DNA of 39,471 bases, taken from positions 1 to 39,471 of the forward strand of contig VMSQ01000189.1 of NCBI GenBank assembly GCA_013792055.1, read 5' to 3'. Position numbers and translations under genes: made by a program. Shown piece after piece: positions 9,429 to 20,268 of the stretch. This stretch comes from Desulfobacteraceae bacterium. GTDB taxonomy: Bacteria; Desulfobacterota; Desulfobacteria; Desulfobacterales; ETH-SRB1. The notes below the pieces were generated by a model. The model had not been told where the DNA came from, did not search any database, and worked only from the letters and a program-made list of their open reading frames with translations. How positions within the stretch are numbered: position 1 is the stretch's first letter; each line of letters begins with the position of its first letter.

Positions 9429-9604
9429 ATGCTTCTTGAGCAAGACCTTGCTTCAGATAAAATTGTTTGTATCTTATCCAGGGCACTGCAATCGTCAGCG
9501 CATTCAGGGAAACTTTTCCTTCTGTTACACTCTTTACACGGGCTTTTTATTAAATAACCGACTTCAAAGTCGAACTTGTATATGTAGACAGTTTTGTTAG
9601 CCAT
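9425..9604 (-). CDS. Small Cys-rich hypothetical protein
   Basis: SPCKEC-x8-CADDC motif; ATG 9604 preferred because the track's 9631 start lies in a repeat end. Confidence 0.6.
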   Translation of the reverse strand: MANKTVYIYKFDFEVGYLIKSPCKECNRRKSFPECADDCSALDKIQTILSEARSCSRSI

Positions 9605-9620
9605 GTTCCATCTAATTCCC

Positions 9621-9638
9621 AAATCGCTCAATTTAGGT
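9621..9638. repeat. Solo terminal inverted repeat of the 36529-36689 MITE
   Basis: AAATCGCTCAATTTAGGT is the exact reverse complement of 36529-36546. Confidence 0.8.
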
Positions 9639-9680
9639 TTAATTCCCGAGCATGTTTTGGCCAGAGGTAAAATTGTAATA

Positions 9681-9700
9681 TTATGATGTATTTATCATAA
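9681..9700. promoter_or_regulatory. Candidate operator palindrome
   Basis: TTATGAT-N6-ATCATAA perfect 7-6-7 inverted repeat upstream of the Cys-rich ORF. Confidence 0.4.
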
Positions 9701-9786
9701 CATTTTAATTATAAAAAGGTAAAGCCATAATTGTTGTCATAATTGAAAATTTACAAAACAGGTGATCTTTTCCAGCTAACCCCTGA

Positions 9787-11619
9787 CTACTGCCCACTGT
9801 TAGCGGCAACTCTAAATTTTTTCAGTTGATTTTCGTAATATGAACGTTCTTTTTTAGCTATTCTAAGCGCATATAATTCAGCAGATACGGCTTCTTCCAG
9901 CAGGCCGTTTATATAGTAACATTCAGCAAGAGTGTCCAATATGTGTGGAGATTTTTCAAGATCCGCAGCATTCAAGGCAAGATGCAAGGCGCGTTCAGGG
10001 TTGCGCAGGCTTTTATCATCACATGCAGCATAAAGCCATGCAAGATTGTTTAAAACATGCTGGTTGTCCGGTTTAAGACCTATTGATTTTTCGTATGCTT
10101 TGATTGTTTCCGTATAATTATTGAGATTGTAATAAAGATCTCCCAGATTGCTGTAAAGGTACGGATTATCCGGTGTCTTGTTAATCTCTCTTAATAGTAT
10201 TTTTTCGATGAAATGATTGCTCAACCTCCTTCCGGTTTCACCATAATTTAAGTTATATCCAATACCTCCTATTATAACTATTGCTGCAAGATATGCGGCA
10301 ATACTTTTTTTTATTTTTCGGTCCTGTCTGGTTATATGGGTTTTGTCTTCTTCACATAAATTGAGATATTCAATTCGTTCTTTAATGCTGAAATGATGCC
10401 AGTTCGGCATGTCCGGTGACTGTCCGGTCGTTGCTACTATCTTTTTGAATGTAGATATCAGCGGTTTTGCGCTGGGGAAGAGAGCATATACATATGTGTC
10501 TGCCTGACGTTCAAAGTTGCGCATAAAATATCCGAAGACATAGCGGAAGTAGATAAAAAACATAATGATTATAATCAGGCTGAAAATGGCCGAGATTATT
10601 GTATCGTAGTTAATACCCGAACTGCTTATTAATCTGTATATTGGATCAGTATAGATAATGAAATAGATGAGAAGATCAAAGGTGGTATACGAAAGAAATA
10701 TGTATCCAATAAAAAATACCAGATAAAAATGTAGATGTTTTCTTTTGATATGGCCTATTTCATGCGCAATTACGGCATCCATTTCTTCCGGATCAAGGTA
10801 TTGAAGCAGGGCTTCTGTAATAAGAATATATCGAGATTTTTTAATTAGGCCCATGATACCTGCTGTAATCATTCTGCCGCCGAATATGGGCCAGTAAAGT
10901 ATATTGGCGTATTCTAATCCGGCCCTCCTGCAAAGTTTTTCGATTCTGCTTCTCAAATAACCTGATTCAAGTGGTTTGCATCTCCAAAACTTTTGAATCA
11001 TTACCGGGCCGATTATTACAACTGCGGAAAGAAAGACTATAAAATAGACCACCTGTCCTTCTGGAGTGGAAATAAAATGCTTTGGCGGTTCAAATGGAAG
11101 CGCATTGATAATGTCGGCAATTCCTGACAGCAGAAGCCATGGGAAAAGGACGGGGATGGAGAATGAAATATTAGACAAAACATAAGAACGCCTTGACAGG
11201 TCGGTCGTGTAAAGCCTTTTATATGGCCCGTAGGCATAAGTCCAGATAATAGCAAGATAAAACACAAAAAGACCAATAAAAACTAATGCCTGTAAGGTTG
11301 GAATAAGATTAAATAAAGGTATGTTTTCAAAAAATGAAGTAAGATTCAGTCCATAAATATCTATGGCAAAAAGGACTATTGCCATAACAGACTGCTGACT
11401 TATTATTGCATTTATTCTATGGTCAATACGTAAAACATTGTCTTTTGGGATTCGTTTTTCAAGTATATGAAACTGCATACGGGTAAAATATGCAAAGACA
11501 ATAATTAAGCCAAGAAACAGCAAAGAAGTTTCAAGGGGAGAGAAGTTCGGTTCTTCAGGGGGCTGGTATGTGGTATATATTAAAAGAACTATTATAAAAT
11601 GTATGAAATTAGCAAACAC
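9787..11619 (-). CDS. M48 family membrane zinc metalloprotease with C-terminal TPR repeats
   Basis: Multiple TM helices, AVIAHEIGH (HExxH), RNFERQAD, TPR-like YSNLGDLYY / LNNLAWLYA / LDTLAECYY. Confidence 0.9.
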   Translation of the reverse strand: MFANFIHFIIVLLIYTTYQPPEEPNFSPLETSLLFLGLIIVFAYFTRMQFHILEKRIPKDNVLRIDHRINAIISQQSVMAIVLFAIDIYGLNLTSFFENIPLFNLIPTLQALVFIGLFVFYLAIIWTYAYGPYKRLYTTDLSRRSYVLSNISFSIPVLFPWLLLSGIADIINALPFEPPKHFISTPEGQVVYFIVFLSAVVIIGPVMIQKFWRCKPLESGYLRSRIEKLCRRAGLEYANILYWPIFGGRMITAGIMGLIKKSRYILITEALLQYLDPEEMDAVIAHEIGHIKRKHLHFYLVFFIGYIFLSYTTFDLLIYFIIYTDPIYRLISSSGINYDTIISAIFSLIIIIMFFIYFRYVFGYFMRNFERQADTYVYALFPSAKPLISTFKKIVATTGQSPDMPNWHHFSIKERIEYLNLCEEDKTHITRQDRKIKKSIAAYLAAIVIIGGIGYNLNYGETGRRLSNHFIEKILLREINKTPDNPYLYSNLGDLYYNLNNYTETIKAYEKSIGLKPDNQHVLNNLAWLYAACDDKSLRNPERALHLALNAADLEKSPHILDTLAECYYINGLLEEAVSAELYALRIAKKERSYYENQLKKFRVAANSGQ

Positions 11620-11699
11620 TGGTTATTTTGCTCCCCTTTGTCGGACGTTTTGAGCGATTCCCAACATCCTGAGTATTTGTCAAACTTTTTATTATGCTT

Positions 11700-12170
11700 T
11701 GTCAATAGCATTTCAAGATGTCCGGTTTTCATAGCAAATGAATTATCCGGTTTGTGATTGCTTAACGGAAGGCCAGGGTGTTTTGCCATGCCCTTCCTTG
11801 TCCTGTCCGTATGGTATTTTACAAGGAGATACCTCGCGAGAGGATTGAAGGACTGAGTTCTTATTTAGACCTATCAGCTTACCTTCAGCGTTGTACCTGC
11901 CAAGTGCCCGTTTTTTTCCATATAATAGAATAAGTACTATCTAAATGCTCATATACATCAACTTTGCACCTGGCAAAGGAAATACGATAAGGAGATTGCT
12001 CAATCTGGAGCACCAGTCCATTTACTCTTACTGTATTATCAGCATATACAGAGCGCTCTTTATGAATAATAGAAAAATAAGATCCAGATCCGCATCTCCA
12101 AAGCCGACAAAAGCACTACCGCTTTCGGCGGCTTCTACCGAAAAACGACTGTTCATTGCCGCTCTGTAAT
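11700..12170 (-). mobile_element. IS1202/ISNCY-type insertion sequence remnant (3' part of a frameshifted transposase plus right end)
   Basis: Minus strand in three frames: MNSRFSVEAAESGSAFVGFGDADLDLIF / SIIHKERSVYADNTVRVNGLVLQIEQSPYRISFARCKVDVYEHLDSTYSIIWKK / RALGRYNAEGKL; end TGTCAATAGC at 11700 with two subterminal ATAGCA..TCCGGTTT repeats (11705-11728, 11731-11753). Left limit approximate. Confidence 0.8.
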
Positions 12171-12269
12171 CGGTTCTAAACTTGGCATGGGTGTAGTGTC
12201 TTAAATCGATTTTTTCTTTCTATCTCCTTGTTTTCAAAGAACTTATTTTTCAAACTGTCGAAAATCAGT

Positions 12270-12298
12270 TTGACATTCGCGCACATATAACCTATTGT
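12270..12298 (+). promoter_or_regulatory. Candidate sigma70 promoter overlapping an ATAAC-N5-GTTAT palindrome
   Basis: TTGACA (12270-12275), 17 bp, TATTGT (12293-12298). Confidence 0.45.
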
Positions 12299-12418
12299 TA
12301 TGTAAATGAATAAGTGGCCCATAGCTATCCATTATATAAAGGCATGGCGAAGTGTAGTTCTCGTATAATTTAAGCTCAAAAATCCGGTTCCGACAGAAAT
12401 AGGCTATAAAAATAATTA

Positions 12419-12670
12419 ATGGTACTCGTCGTTGGAGAAATGCTTTTTGATATCTTTCTTGAATACCGCCGTTTGGGCGGGGCACCATTTAACTTTGCTT
12501 ATTACCTGAAAAAGCTGGGAAGATATACGCGATTTATATCACGCATCGGCAGAAATGAACCGGGCAGGGAAATTTCAGATTATATTTGCTCCATTGAAGG
12601 AGCTGTCCCCGTTGATGACGACATCTACAAAAACAATTTAACCATGGAGGGCGGTTTGGATGCAGTCTAA
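12419..12670 (+). pseudogene. PfkB-family (fructokinase-like) carbohydrate kinase with large internal in-frame deletion
   Basis: VVGEMLFD, LGGAPFNFA, FISRIG N-terminus joined directly to a C-terminal-like ICSIEGAVP; only 83 aa against ~300 typical; catalytic GAGD absent. Confidence 0.8.
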
Positions 12671-12733
12671 AGGCCTTTAATTACAGTTGCCTTGCCCCAT
12701 CAATTGCAATCAGTTTGAGACGGAGGGGTCGAT

Positions 12734-14335
12734 ATGTTCAGAAAAAAAAAGCCGGGTTTTATTATCTCGAAATCATCATTTGACGCAGTCCTTTTTGACC
12801 TGGACGGCGTCGTCACCAAAACCGCTAAGGTTCATGCGGCATCCTGGAAGAAGCTGTTTGATGAATACCTTAAGAAAAGCGCGGCGCTCCAAGGCGGATC
12901 CTTTAAACCGTTTGACAGTAAGAACGATTACCGAAAATATGTGGACGGCAGACCGCGTTACGAAGGGATCAAGAACTTTCTCGCCTCCAGAGGGATAGCG
13001 CTTCCTTACGGCACACCGGATGATCCCTCCGATAAAGAGACTATTTGCGGGCTTGGCAATCGAAAGAACATCTTCCTGCATGAATATTTGGAAAAAAACG
13101 GTGTGGAGACTTATGAGCTTTCAATTAAGCTTATTTACAAGTTAAAAGCAGCGGGAATCAAAACAGCGATTGTATCTTCAAGCAAAAACTGTGCTGTAGT
13201 CTTGAAGGCAGCAAAGATTTATGATCTGTTTGATGTCAAGGTGGATGGTGTGGATTCGCTCAATCTGAACTTGAAGGGAAAACCTGCGCCGGATATTTTC
13301 CTCGAAGCCGCACAACGGCTGGGCGTTACCCCCGCACGCGCCATCGTTGTTGAAGATGCCATCGCCGGTGTGCAAGCAGGCAGGCAGGGAAATTTCGGTT
13401 GCGTTATCGGAGTGGATCGAATCGGTCAGTCCGCATCACTTAAAGCGAGTGGGGCCGAAATTGTGGTCGGCAATCTCTCGCAGATTTCAGTGGACAATCG
13501 TTTAAACGAGCGTAAAGAAAGCGGGGGAATTTTGCCTTCCGCTCTGGAAGCCATGGATGAAATCAGGCAATTGATGGCCGGCAAGCCCATATTCGTTTTT
13601 CTGGACTATGACGGCACCTTGACGCCGATTGTGGAACGTCCCGAACTGGCGGTTTTGTCTGATGATGCCCGCGAAACGGTAAGCGCTCTTGCAGCTTACT
13701 GCCAGGTAGCAGTGATAAGCGGAAGAGACCTGCAGGATGTGCAGAATCTGGTGGGAATTGACAATATATTCTATGCAGGCAGTCATGGCTTCGACATTGC
13801 GGGTCCGCGAGGACAACATATAAAATCTCAGCAGGGTCTCGATTTTCTGCCGGTGCTCAGCATCGCTGAACAGGCCCTCAGGAATCGGTTGCACGCCATC
13901 GCCGGCGTCCTTGTTGAACGCAAGAAATTTTCCATCGCTGTTCATTACCGCCGGGTAGCTGAGCAAGAAGCGGAAGCAGTCGAGACCGCTGTCGATCAGG
14001 TGCTGGCAGATCACAATCGGCTGCGCAAAGGGCACGGAAAGAAAGTCTATGAGCTTCAGCCTAAAATCGATTGGCACAAAGGCAAAGCCTTGCTCTGGCT
14101 GCTTGAACATCTGGGGTTGAGGCAGCCGGATGTGCTGCCCTTATATATCGGTGATGATACCACGGATGAAGATGCCTTCAACGTGCTCATAGACTGGGGC
14201 GTCGGAATCCTCGTGAGGCACGCCGGCGCCACGGATAATCTACCGCTTACGGCGGCCCGATATGTCCTGGAAGATCCCGGCGAAGTCATGGACTTTCTTA
14301 GATCGCTTATTTCGATACTTAAAGGAGGGACCTGA
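12734..14335 (+). CDS. otsB: Fused beta-phosphoglucomutase-family HAD + trehalose-6-phosphate phosphatase
   Basis: FDLDGV, GKPAPD, VEDA (betaPGM-like) then [20 protein letters not shown] (TPP); GGAGG RBS upstream. Confidence 0.88.
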   Translation: MFRKKKPGFIISKSSFDAVLFDLDGVVTKTAKVHAASWKKLFDEYLKKSAALQGGSFKPFDSKNDYRKYVDGRPRYEGIKNFLASRGIALPYGTPDDPSDKETICGLGNRKNIFLHEYLEKNGVETYELSIKLIYKLKAAGIKTAIVSSSKNCAVVLKAAKIYDLFDVKVDGVDSLNLNLKGKPAPDIFLEAAQRLGVTPARAIVVEDAIAGVQAGRQGNFGCVIGVDRIGQSASLKASGAEIVVGNLSQISVDNRLNERKESGGILPSALEAMDEIRQLMAGKPIFVFLDYDGTLTPIVERPELAVLSDDARETVSALAAYCQVAVISGRDLQDVQNLVGIDNIFYAGSHGFDIAGPRGQHIKSQQGLDFLPVLSIAEQALRNRLHAIAGVLVERKKFSIAVHYRRVAEQEAEAVETAVDQVLADHNRLRKGHGKKVYELQPKIDWHKGKALLWLLEHLGLRQPDVLPLYIGDDTTDEDAFNVLIDWGVGILVRHAGATDNLPLTAARYVLEDPGEVMDFLRSLISILKGGT

Positions 14336-16785
14336 TGAACGATTGGATATTCATTTATGACGGGTTCGACCCTGAAAAGGAAAGCCTGCGGGAGGCTTTG
14401 TGCACCCTTGGCAACGGCTACTTTGCCACCAGGGGCGCCGGGTCGGAAGCGCAAGCCGATGCGATCCACTACCCCGGAACCTACCTTGCCGGCGGCTATA
14501 ACCGGCTTTCCACTGAAATCGCCGGACGGGTGATTGAAAATGAAGACCTTGTAAACTTGCCCAACTGGCTGCCGCTTAATTTCCGCATAGACGACGGAAG
14601 CTGGTTTAGCCTGATGACGGTTGAAATTCTCTCCTATCGCCAGGAGCTGGATATACGAAAAGGCGTATTATCGCGCACAATCCGTTTCCGTGACAGGCAG
14701 GGAAGAGAAACCAGCATGACCTGCCGACGTCTGGTCCATATGGGTAACCCGCACCTTGCCGCGCAGGAGATCGTTTTGACCGCTGAAAACTGGTCGGGAG
14801 CAGTGACGATCCGATCCGCCTTGGACGGTCGCGTAGTCAATGCCGGTGTAAAACGTTATCAAAGTCTGAACAACCGGCATCTGGAACCCCTGAATGCAGG
14901 TTCGTTTAACAGCGACGTCATCTATCTGGAAGTTCGAACCAATCAGTCCAAGCTTCATTTGGTTCAGGCCGCAAGAACTCGCGTTCTCAAGAAAAAAGAT
15001 CCCCTCTTACTCGAGCGCCGTGTTATTGAAGAGCCCGGCTATATCGCCCAGGAACTCACCGTAGATGTTACAAAAGGCGAAATAATCGCTTTGGAAAAAG
15101 TGGTTTCACTCTTCACGTCCAGGGATCGGGGAATTTCCGAGTGGAATTTGGAAGCCGGAAAAGCAGTCGAAAGCGCCGGCTCCTTCAATGCCCTTTTAAA
15201 AACCCACTCCCTGGCCTGGGAACAACTGTGGCGCCGTTTTGAAATCGAGTTCCGGAAGCCGAAAAGTCAAAGAACCCGAGTGTACGACTCAAGATCCATA
15301 CCGCGCGATCCAGGTGCCGGCGGCAACGCCGGTCTGGTTTTGCACCTGTATATGTTCCATGTTTTACAGACAACATCGATGCATACCATAGATCTTGACG
15401 TCGGCGTGCCCTCGCGGGGCTGGCATGGTGAAGCCTATCGGGGACATATTTTCTGGGACGAGCTGTATATTTTTCCTTTCTTTAATTTCCGTGTTCCCGA
15501 AATCACGCGGGCACTGCTGATGTACCGTTATCGACGTCTGGGTGAGGCCCGCGCCGCCGCCAAAAAGGAGGGCTGGCGAGGTGCGATCTATCCGTGGCAA
15601 AGCGCAAGCAACGGGCGAGAGGAAACCCAGCGGATTCATCTCAATCCGCAGTCGGGACGCTGGCTTCCGGACAATTCACATCTGCAACGCCATGTAAACG
15701 CTGCGATCGCCTATAACATCTGGCAGTACTTCCAGGTTACGGGAGACATGGAATTTCTGTCGTTCTATGGGGCGGAAATGTTCTTGGAGATTGCCCGCTT
15801 CTGGGAAAGCATCTCGACTTACAATCCTGATCTTGACCGGTATGAGATCCTGGGTGTCATGGGCCCGGACGAATATCATGACCGCTATCCCGGTGCAGAA
15901 AAACCGGGCCTGAACAATAATGCCTACACCAATATAATGGCAGTCTGGATATTGAGTCGTGCGCTTGAACTTTTTGACCTCCTGGCGGAAGTTGAATCCA
16001 GGGATCTGTGCGAGCGATTGGGGGTGCTCGATGAAGAGAAAACGCGCTGGCGTGACATCAGCCGAAAGATGCGCATCGTGTTTCACGATGACGGCATCAT
16101 CAGCCAATTTGAAGGCTATGACCGTTTGGAGGAGTTCGATTGGAAGGGTTACCGAAAAAAATATAAGGATATTCAGCGCTTGGACCGGATCCTGGAGGCG
16201 GAAGGCGACACTCCCAATCGGTACAAAGCGTCCAAACAGGCCGATGTTCTCATGCTTTTTTATCTGTTTTCATCAGAGGAGATCAGCGGGCTTTTTCAAC
16301 AGCTTGGTTACCCGTTCGAATATGAGACCATCCCCAGAAACATTGACTATTATCTCAAGCGAACCTCGCATGGGTCGACTTTGAGCCATGTGGTGCACTC
16401 GTGGGTACTGGCACGTTCTGACAGGGTGCGCTCCTGGAAACAGTTCATCATGACCCTTCAAAGTGACGTGTCGGATATTCAGGGGGGGACAACCCCGGAA
16501 GGCATTCACCTCGGCGCCATGGCCGGCGTTGTGGATATCCTTCAAGAGGGCTACACGGGCTTAGAGGCCCGTGGTCAGGTCTTGTGGCTTAACCCGGTTC
16601 TGCCCAAGGAACTCAGAAGACTTCGCATGCACATGCGTTATCGCGGGCATTCCCTTTCGGTTGAAGTAACCCCCCAAAGGATCAAGGTGCATGCATTTCC
16701 TTGCGCTTCCGGGCCGATACAGGTCGGGTGCAAAGGCAAGCTTTTCAACTTGAAAACGGGTGATACCATAGAAATCCCCTTGTGA
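14335..16785 (+). CDS. GH65 glycoside phosphorylase/hydrolase (trehalose or trehalose-6-P phosphorylase-like)
   Basis: [39 protein letters not shown]; TGATG coupling to the upstream gene. Confidence 0.92.
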   Translation: MNDWIFIYDGFDPEKESLREALCTLGNGYFATRGAGSEAQADAIHYPGTYLAGGYNRLSTEIAGRVIENEDLVNLPNWLPLNFRIDDGSWFSLMTVEILSYRQELDIRKGVLSRTIRFRDRQGRETSMTCRRLVHMGNPHLAAQEIVLTAENWSGAVTIRSALDGRVVNAGVKRYQSLNNRHLEPLNAGSFNSDVIYLEVRTNQSKLHLVQAARTRVLKKKDPLLLERRVIEEPGYIAQELTVDVTKGEIIALEKVVSLFTSRDRGISEWNLEAGKAVESAGSFNALLKTHSLAWEQLWRRFEIEFRKPKSQRTRVYDSRSIPRDPGAGGNAGLVLHLYMFHVLQTTSMHTIDLDVGVPSRGWHGEAYRGHIFWDELYIFPFFNFRVPEITRALLMYRYRRLGEARAAAKKEGWRGAIYPWQSASNGREETQRIHLNPQSGRWLPDNSHLQRHVNAAIAYNIWQYFQVTGDMEFLSFYGAEMFLEIARFWESISTYNPDLDRYEILGVMGPDEYHDRYPGAEKPGLNNNAYTNIMAVWILSRALELFDLLAEVESRDLCERLGVLDEEKTRWRDISRKMRIVFHDDGIISQFEGYDRLEEFDWKGYRKKYKDIQRLDRILEAEGDTPNRYKASKQADVLMLFYLFSSEEISGLFQQLGYPFEYETIPRNIDYYLKRTSHGSTLSHVVHSWVLARSDRVRSWKQFIMTLQSDVSDIQGGTTPEGIHLGAMAGVVDILQEGYTGLEARGQVLWLNPVLPKELRRLRMHMRYRGHSLSVEVTPQRIKVHAFPCASGPIQVGCKGKLFNLKTGDTIEIPL

Positions 16786-16871
16786 AGTGAAGAACAAACG
16801 CCAAGCGGCAGCGGCCTCCTGTTAAGGGCTTTCCCAAGAGGCGAAACGGATACCATCGCGCGATGTCGCCA

Positions 16872-18017
16872 TCAGCCCTTGGCCGGGTCGCAAGGAACTG
16901 TCGGTATTAAGCCTGCCGCTCCAAGGGCGTTATCATCCTTTGCTCCGGGACGGTTTTCGGAGGAACTTACTTCCGCACGCAGCTTGGGCAGGCTGTTGGG
17001 ATAGTTTTTCTGTATAAAGTCAAGTAATTTTTCTCTAACCTCGCAGCGCAGGTTCCAAGCGGTGGAGGCATCGGCGGCGCTCATCAGCGCCCGCAGAGCC
17101 ATGACCCGCTCGGTGGTATCGGTGACCTGCAGGCCCCAGACTTTACCGTCCCAGTGTGCCGAGGTTTTCAGTATCCGGTGCAGTTCATTGCGGATGGTCT
17201 CCACCGGCACGGTGTAGTCCACGTAGAGAAAAACGGTCCCCAGCAAATCCGCGCTAATCCGGGTCCAGTTCTGGAAGGGTTTTTCGATAAAATAAGTAAC
17301 CGGCACAATCAACCGTCTCTGATCCCAGATTCGGATCACCACATATGTCAGGGTGATTTCCTCAATTCGCCCCCATTCATTTTCTACGATGACAACGTCG
17401 TCCACCCGGACCGGCTGCGTGAAAGCAATCTGCAACCCGGCGATAAAGGTGGCAATGGTTCGTTGGGCCGCCATTCCGACGATAACCCCGATAATTCCGG
17501 CCGAGGCCAGAAGAGTGGTACCGAATTGACGGATTTTCTCAAAGGTCATGAGCATGGTAGAAAATGCCAGGATCAGGATCACAGCGGTGACGATACGGTT
17601 TAAGATCCTGATTTGGGTATGAATTTTTCGGGAGGCCAAGTTGTCTTGCACATCTAACCGGAAACGCCGGCCGAGCCAATCTTCCAGTACTTTGGTCAAC
17701 TGAATCAGCAGCCAGGCTATCGACCAGATCAGAAGGATCACCAGGATTTGTTTGGGCACACCCATAATCCGGTTGTCGGGAAAGGTCATTTCCAGGGTGG
17801 GCAGGAATATATGCACGCTGAGCAGGACCACCAGCCAGCGGGCGGGGCGCCGGCAATGCAGCATAAAAGATTCCCGCACGCTGCCGGCTTCGGGCCGGAA
17901 AAATTTAACCGCCAGCCTGAAGAGCAGGTAGTCAAGAAGAAATCCGGACAGGACTGCTCCGGCCAGGAGGGCGGCAGCCCACAAAAAAAAATCAAGATTT
18001 TGAATGTTCGCCGGCAT
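16872..18017 (-). CDS. Small-conductance mechanosensitive channel (MscS family)
   Basis: LLASAGIIGVIVGMAAQ, QPVRVDDVV, WGRIEEITLTY. Confidence 0.92.
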   Translation of the reverse strand: MPANIQNLDFFLWAAALLAGAVLSGFLLDYLLFRLAVKFFRPEAGSVRESFMLHCRRPARWLVVLLSVHIFLPTLEMTFPDNRIMGVPKQILVILLIWSIAWLLIQLTKVLEDWLGRRFRLDVQDNLASRKIHTQIRILNRIVTAVILILAFSTMLMTFEKIRQFGTTLLASAGIIGVIVGMAAQRTIATFIAGLQIAFTQPVRVDDVVIVENEWGRIEEITLTYVVIRIWDQRRLIVPVTYFIEKPFQNWTRISADLLGTVFLYVDYTVPVETIRNELHRILKTSAHWDGKVWGLQVTDTTERVMALRALMSAADASTAWNLRCEVREKLLDFIQKNYPNSLPKLRAEVSSSENRPGAKDDNALGAAGLIPTVPCDPAKG

Positions 18018-18058
18018 TTTTACATTCCTTCCTTATCCGAGTTTGGATAAATTGTTGG

Positions 18059-20236
18059 TTAGGCCTTATGGCGGGATATTTTTTTTAACGCTTTTTTTAA
18101 AAAGTCCCGAAATGTGGCTGGATCGATCACCGTAAAGTCAGCCCGGGTTTCTTCGCTGCCGACTTTGACGCTGATCAGGTTTTCGTGTTCCAGTTGAAAC
18201 ATACTTTCGTCGGTCTCATCATCCCCGGCGCAAAGTACGGCGTCATAATGATGCAACTTGATAAAGTGTTCCATAACCAGTCCCTTGCTAAGCTGCAGGG
18301 AGCTGACTTCCACGATCTTTTTCCCCCGGTAGATTGCCACCGGTTGGTTCGAAAGCATTTCATGCAGTTCACCCGCCAGTTCACCGGCTTTCCAGGCGCC
18401 GAATTCCGGGTCGGACTTGCGATAATGCCAGACCACCGACGTGGTTTTCACTTCCACGGCGCTGCCCGGCGTGGAAGCAGAAAAGTCCTTGAAAATATTA
18501 GTGACCGCGGGCATCCATGACAGGTCTGCCGTGGGGTTCATGGTCTTCCAGGCCGAATCCCCCGGGCCTTTATAAAAATAGCCGTGTTCGGCCACCAATA
18601 TAAAACGATAGCCGGAGAACCATTGATCCATATCTTCCCTTTTCCGGCCGGCGATAAGGTAAACATCCAAATTTTTCAGGGCACTGAGCATGGCAAATAG
18701 CTTCTTGATATCTTCGTGCGGATACGCGTCGGATGGTTTATCGTGGAGTTCACACAAGGTTCCGTCGTAATCCAGGAAAAAAGCGGTGCGCCGGGATCGC
18801 CAAAAGGGCTTAAACGCCGGCAGTGAGAGTTTGAGCGTAGCAATCAGGGTTAGATCTTTGCGGGTGATATGGGTCAAGCTGCTGAGAAAAGAGCGGGCCC
18901 AAAAAGCCGCGTCATTTTTCATCACCGATTCCCGCATGGGCGCCATCAGGTATCTTTTTTCATTTTCCGGCAAATCCAACGCCAACTGAAGCGCTTCAGC
19001 GACCTGGTTGACATCGTAAGGATTTACGACCAAGGCGTTGAACAACTCCTGCGCAGCGCCGGCAAATTCACTCAGGATCAGAACCCCGCTTTTCTCTTTC
19101 CGACAGGCGATATATTCCTTGGCAACCAGGTTCATGCCGTCCATCAACGGGGTCACCAGGGCCACATCAGCCAGCGCGTACAGAGCGCACAATTCGCTGA
19201 AATTTACAGACTTATGCATAAAATGAATCGGGATGTTGGTAATGGTGGAAAACTTGCCGTTAATTTTACTGATCTTCAACTCCACGGTTTTGGACAAGTC
19301 CCTATAGGTTTGCACCTCCCCCCGGGAAGGCACACTGATAAAGATAAACACCAGGTCGTCACAAGGGCCGTAGCGGTTCAAAAAAATCTCGATTGCGTCC
19401 AGGCGACGGGGAATACCCTTGGTATAATCCAGACGTTCCACACTCAGGATAATCTTTTTGTCCTTATATACTTTGCGGTAGCGGGCCAGGCGGTTGTGGA
19501 AATTTTGCGTTTGCAATTCCTGTTGAAATTTGGCGGCGTTGATGCCGATCGGATAGACCCCCAAAAAGGTTTTGCGGTTGCCGTGGATGATATGATCCAT
19601 CTGTGATTCCAGACCCAGCAGGCGCAGTGCCGTGCTGCGGAAGTGACGTAAATACCCATATGTATGAAATCCGATCAGGTCGGCGCCGAGTATTCCCCAC
19701 AGCAGTTCATCCCGGTTTGGATGGCAGCGAAATAATTCATAAGAGGGAAATGGCGTGTGCAGAAAAAATCCGATTTTCAGGCCCGGCCGCGCTTTCCGCA
19801 ACAGGGCCGGCAGCAGGAGCAAATGATAATCATGAATCCAGACCATGTCGTTCGGGCGGGCCAGTTCCAGTGTCTTTTCGGCAAAGCAAGAATTAACGTT
19901 GCAATAATCATCAAACCAGCTTTTGTCATAGCGCGAATAGGTGGCCATGTAATGCAGCAGCGGCCACAAGCTGGCGTTGGCAAAGCCGTTGTAATATCCG
20001 GCGATCTCCTTTTTGCTCAGGAAAATCGGATAGTAACGGTATTGTGCTTCTATTTTCCGTTCAATTTCCTGACGGCGCCGGCGGTCGGTAATCGCACCAC
20101 CGGCCCACCCCACCCATCGCAGATCAAAGTCGTGGCTTATCCCTTCCATGGCGGTTACCAGCCCGCCGGCGGATTTTCGGATGGTTTTGCCGATGGTTAT
20201 CGGCAGCCTGTTGGAAACATTTATCAGTCGTCTCAT
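18059..20236 (-). CDS. otsA: Bifunctional trehalose-6-phosphate synthase/phosphatase (OtsA-OtsB fusion)
   Basis: [34 protein letters not shown] (GT20) plus LDYDGTL / GDDETD; ATG 20236 preferred. Confidence 0.93.
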   Translation of the reverse strand: MRRLINVSNRLPITIGKTIRKSAGGLVTAMEGISHDFDLRWVGWAGGAITDRRRRQEIERKIEAQYRYYPIFLSKKEIAGYYNGFANASLWPLLHYMATYSRYDKSWFDDYCNVNSCFAEKTLELARPNDMVWIHDYHLLLLPALLRKARPGLKIGFFLHTPFPSYELFRCHPNRDELLWGILGADLIGFHTYGYLRHFRSTALRLLGLESQMDHIIHGNRKTFLGVYPIGINAAKFQQELQTQNFHNRLARYRKVYKDKKIILSVERLDYTKGIPRRLDAIEIFLNRYGPCDDLVFIFISVPSRGEVQTYRDLSKTVELKISKINGKFSTITNIPIHFMHKSVNFSELCALYALADVALVTPLMDGMNLVAKEYIACRKEKSGVLILSEFAGAAQELFNALVVNPYDVNQVAEALQLALDLPENEKRYLMAPMRESVMKNDAAFWARSFLSSLTHITRKDLTLIATLKLSLPAFKPFWRSRRTAFFLDYDGTLCELHDKPSDAYPHEDIKKLFAMLSALKNLDVYLIAGRKREDMDQWFSGYRFILVAEHGYFYKGPGDSAWKTMNPTADLSWMPAVTNIFKDFSASTPGSAVEVKTTSVVWHYRKSDPEFGAWKAGELAGELHEMLSNQPVAIYRGKKIVEVSSLQLSKGLVMEHFIKLHHYDAVLCAGDDETDESMFQLEHENLISVKVGSEETRADFTVIDPATFRDFLKKALKKISRHKA

Positions 20237-20268
20237 GTTACAATACTCCCGGTTCACTCCCTCTGAGA

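Noticed and set aside
9304-9600. ORFs 9304-9486 and 9403-9600
   Set aside because: They read through the palindromic element or are antisense to the Cys-rich ORF.
11760-11870. Possible riboswitch or known ncRNA upstream of the M48 gene
   Set aside because: The hairpin-rich stretch falls within the IS 3' region and I recognise no known RNA family.
11592-12488. ORFs 11592-11789, 11945-12169 and 12243-12488
   Set aside because: They overlap the IS remnant, its end repeats or the PfkB fragment in other frames; no protein-like signature.
16786-16871. Bidirectional terminator between GH65 and mscS
   Set aside because: No convincing stem with a U-tract could be identified by eye.
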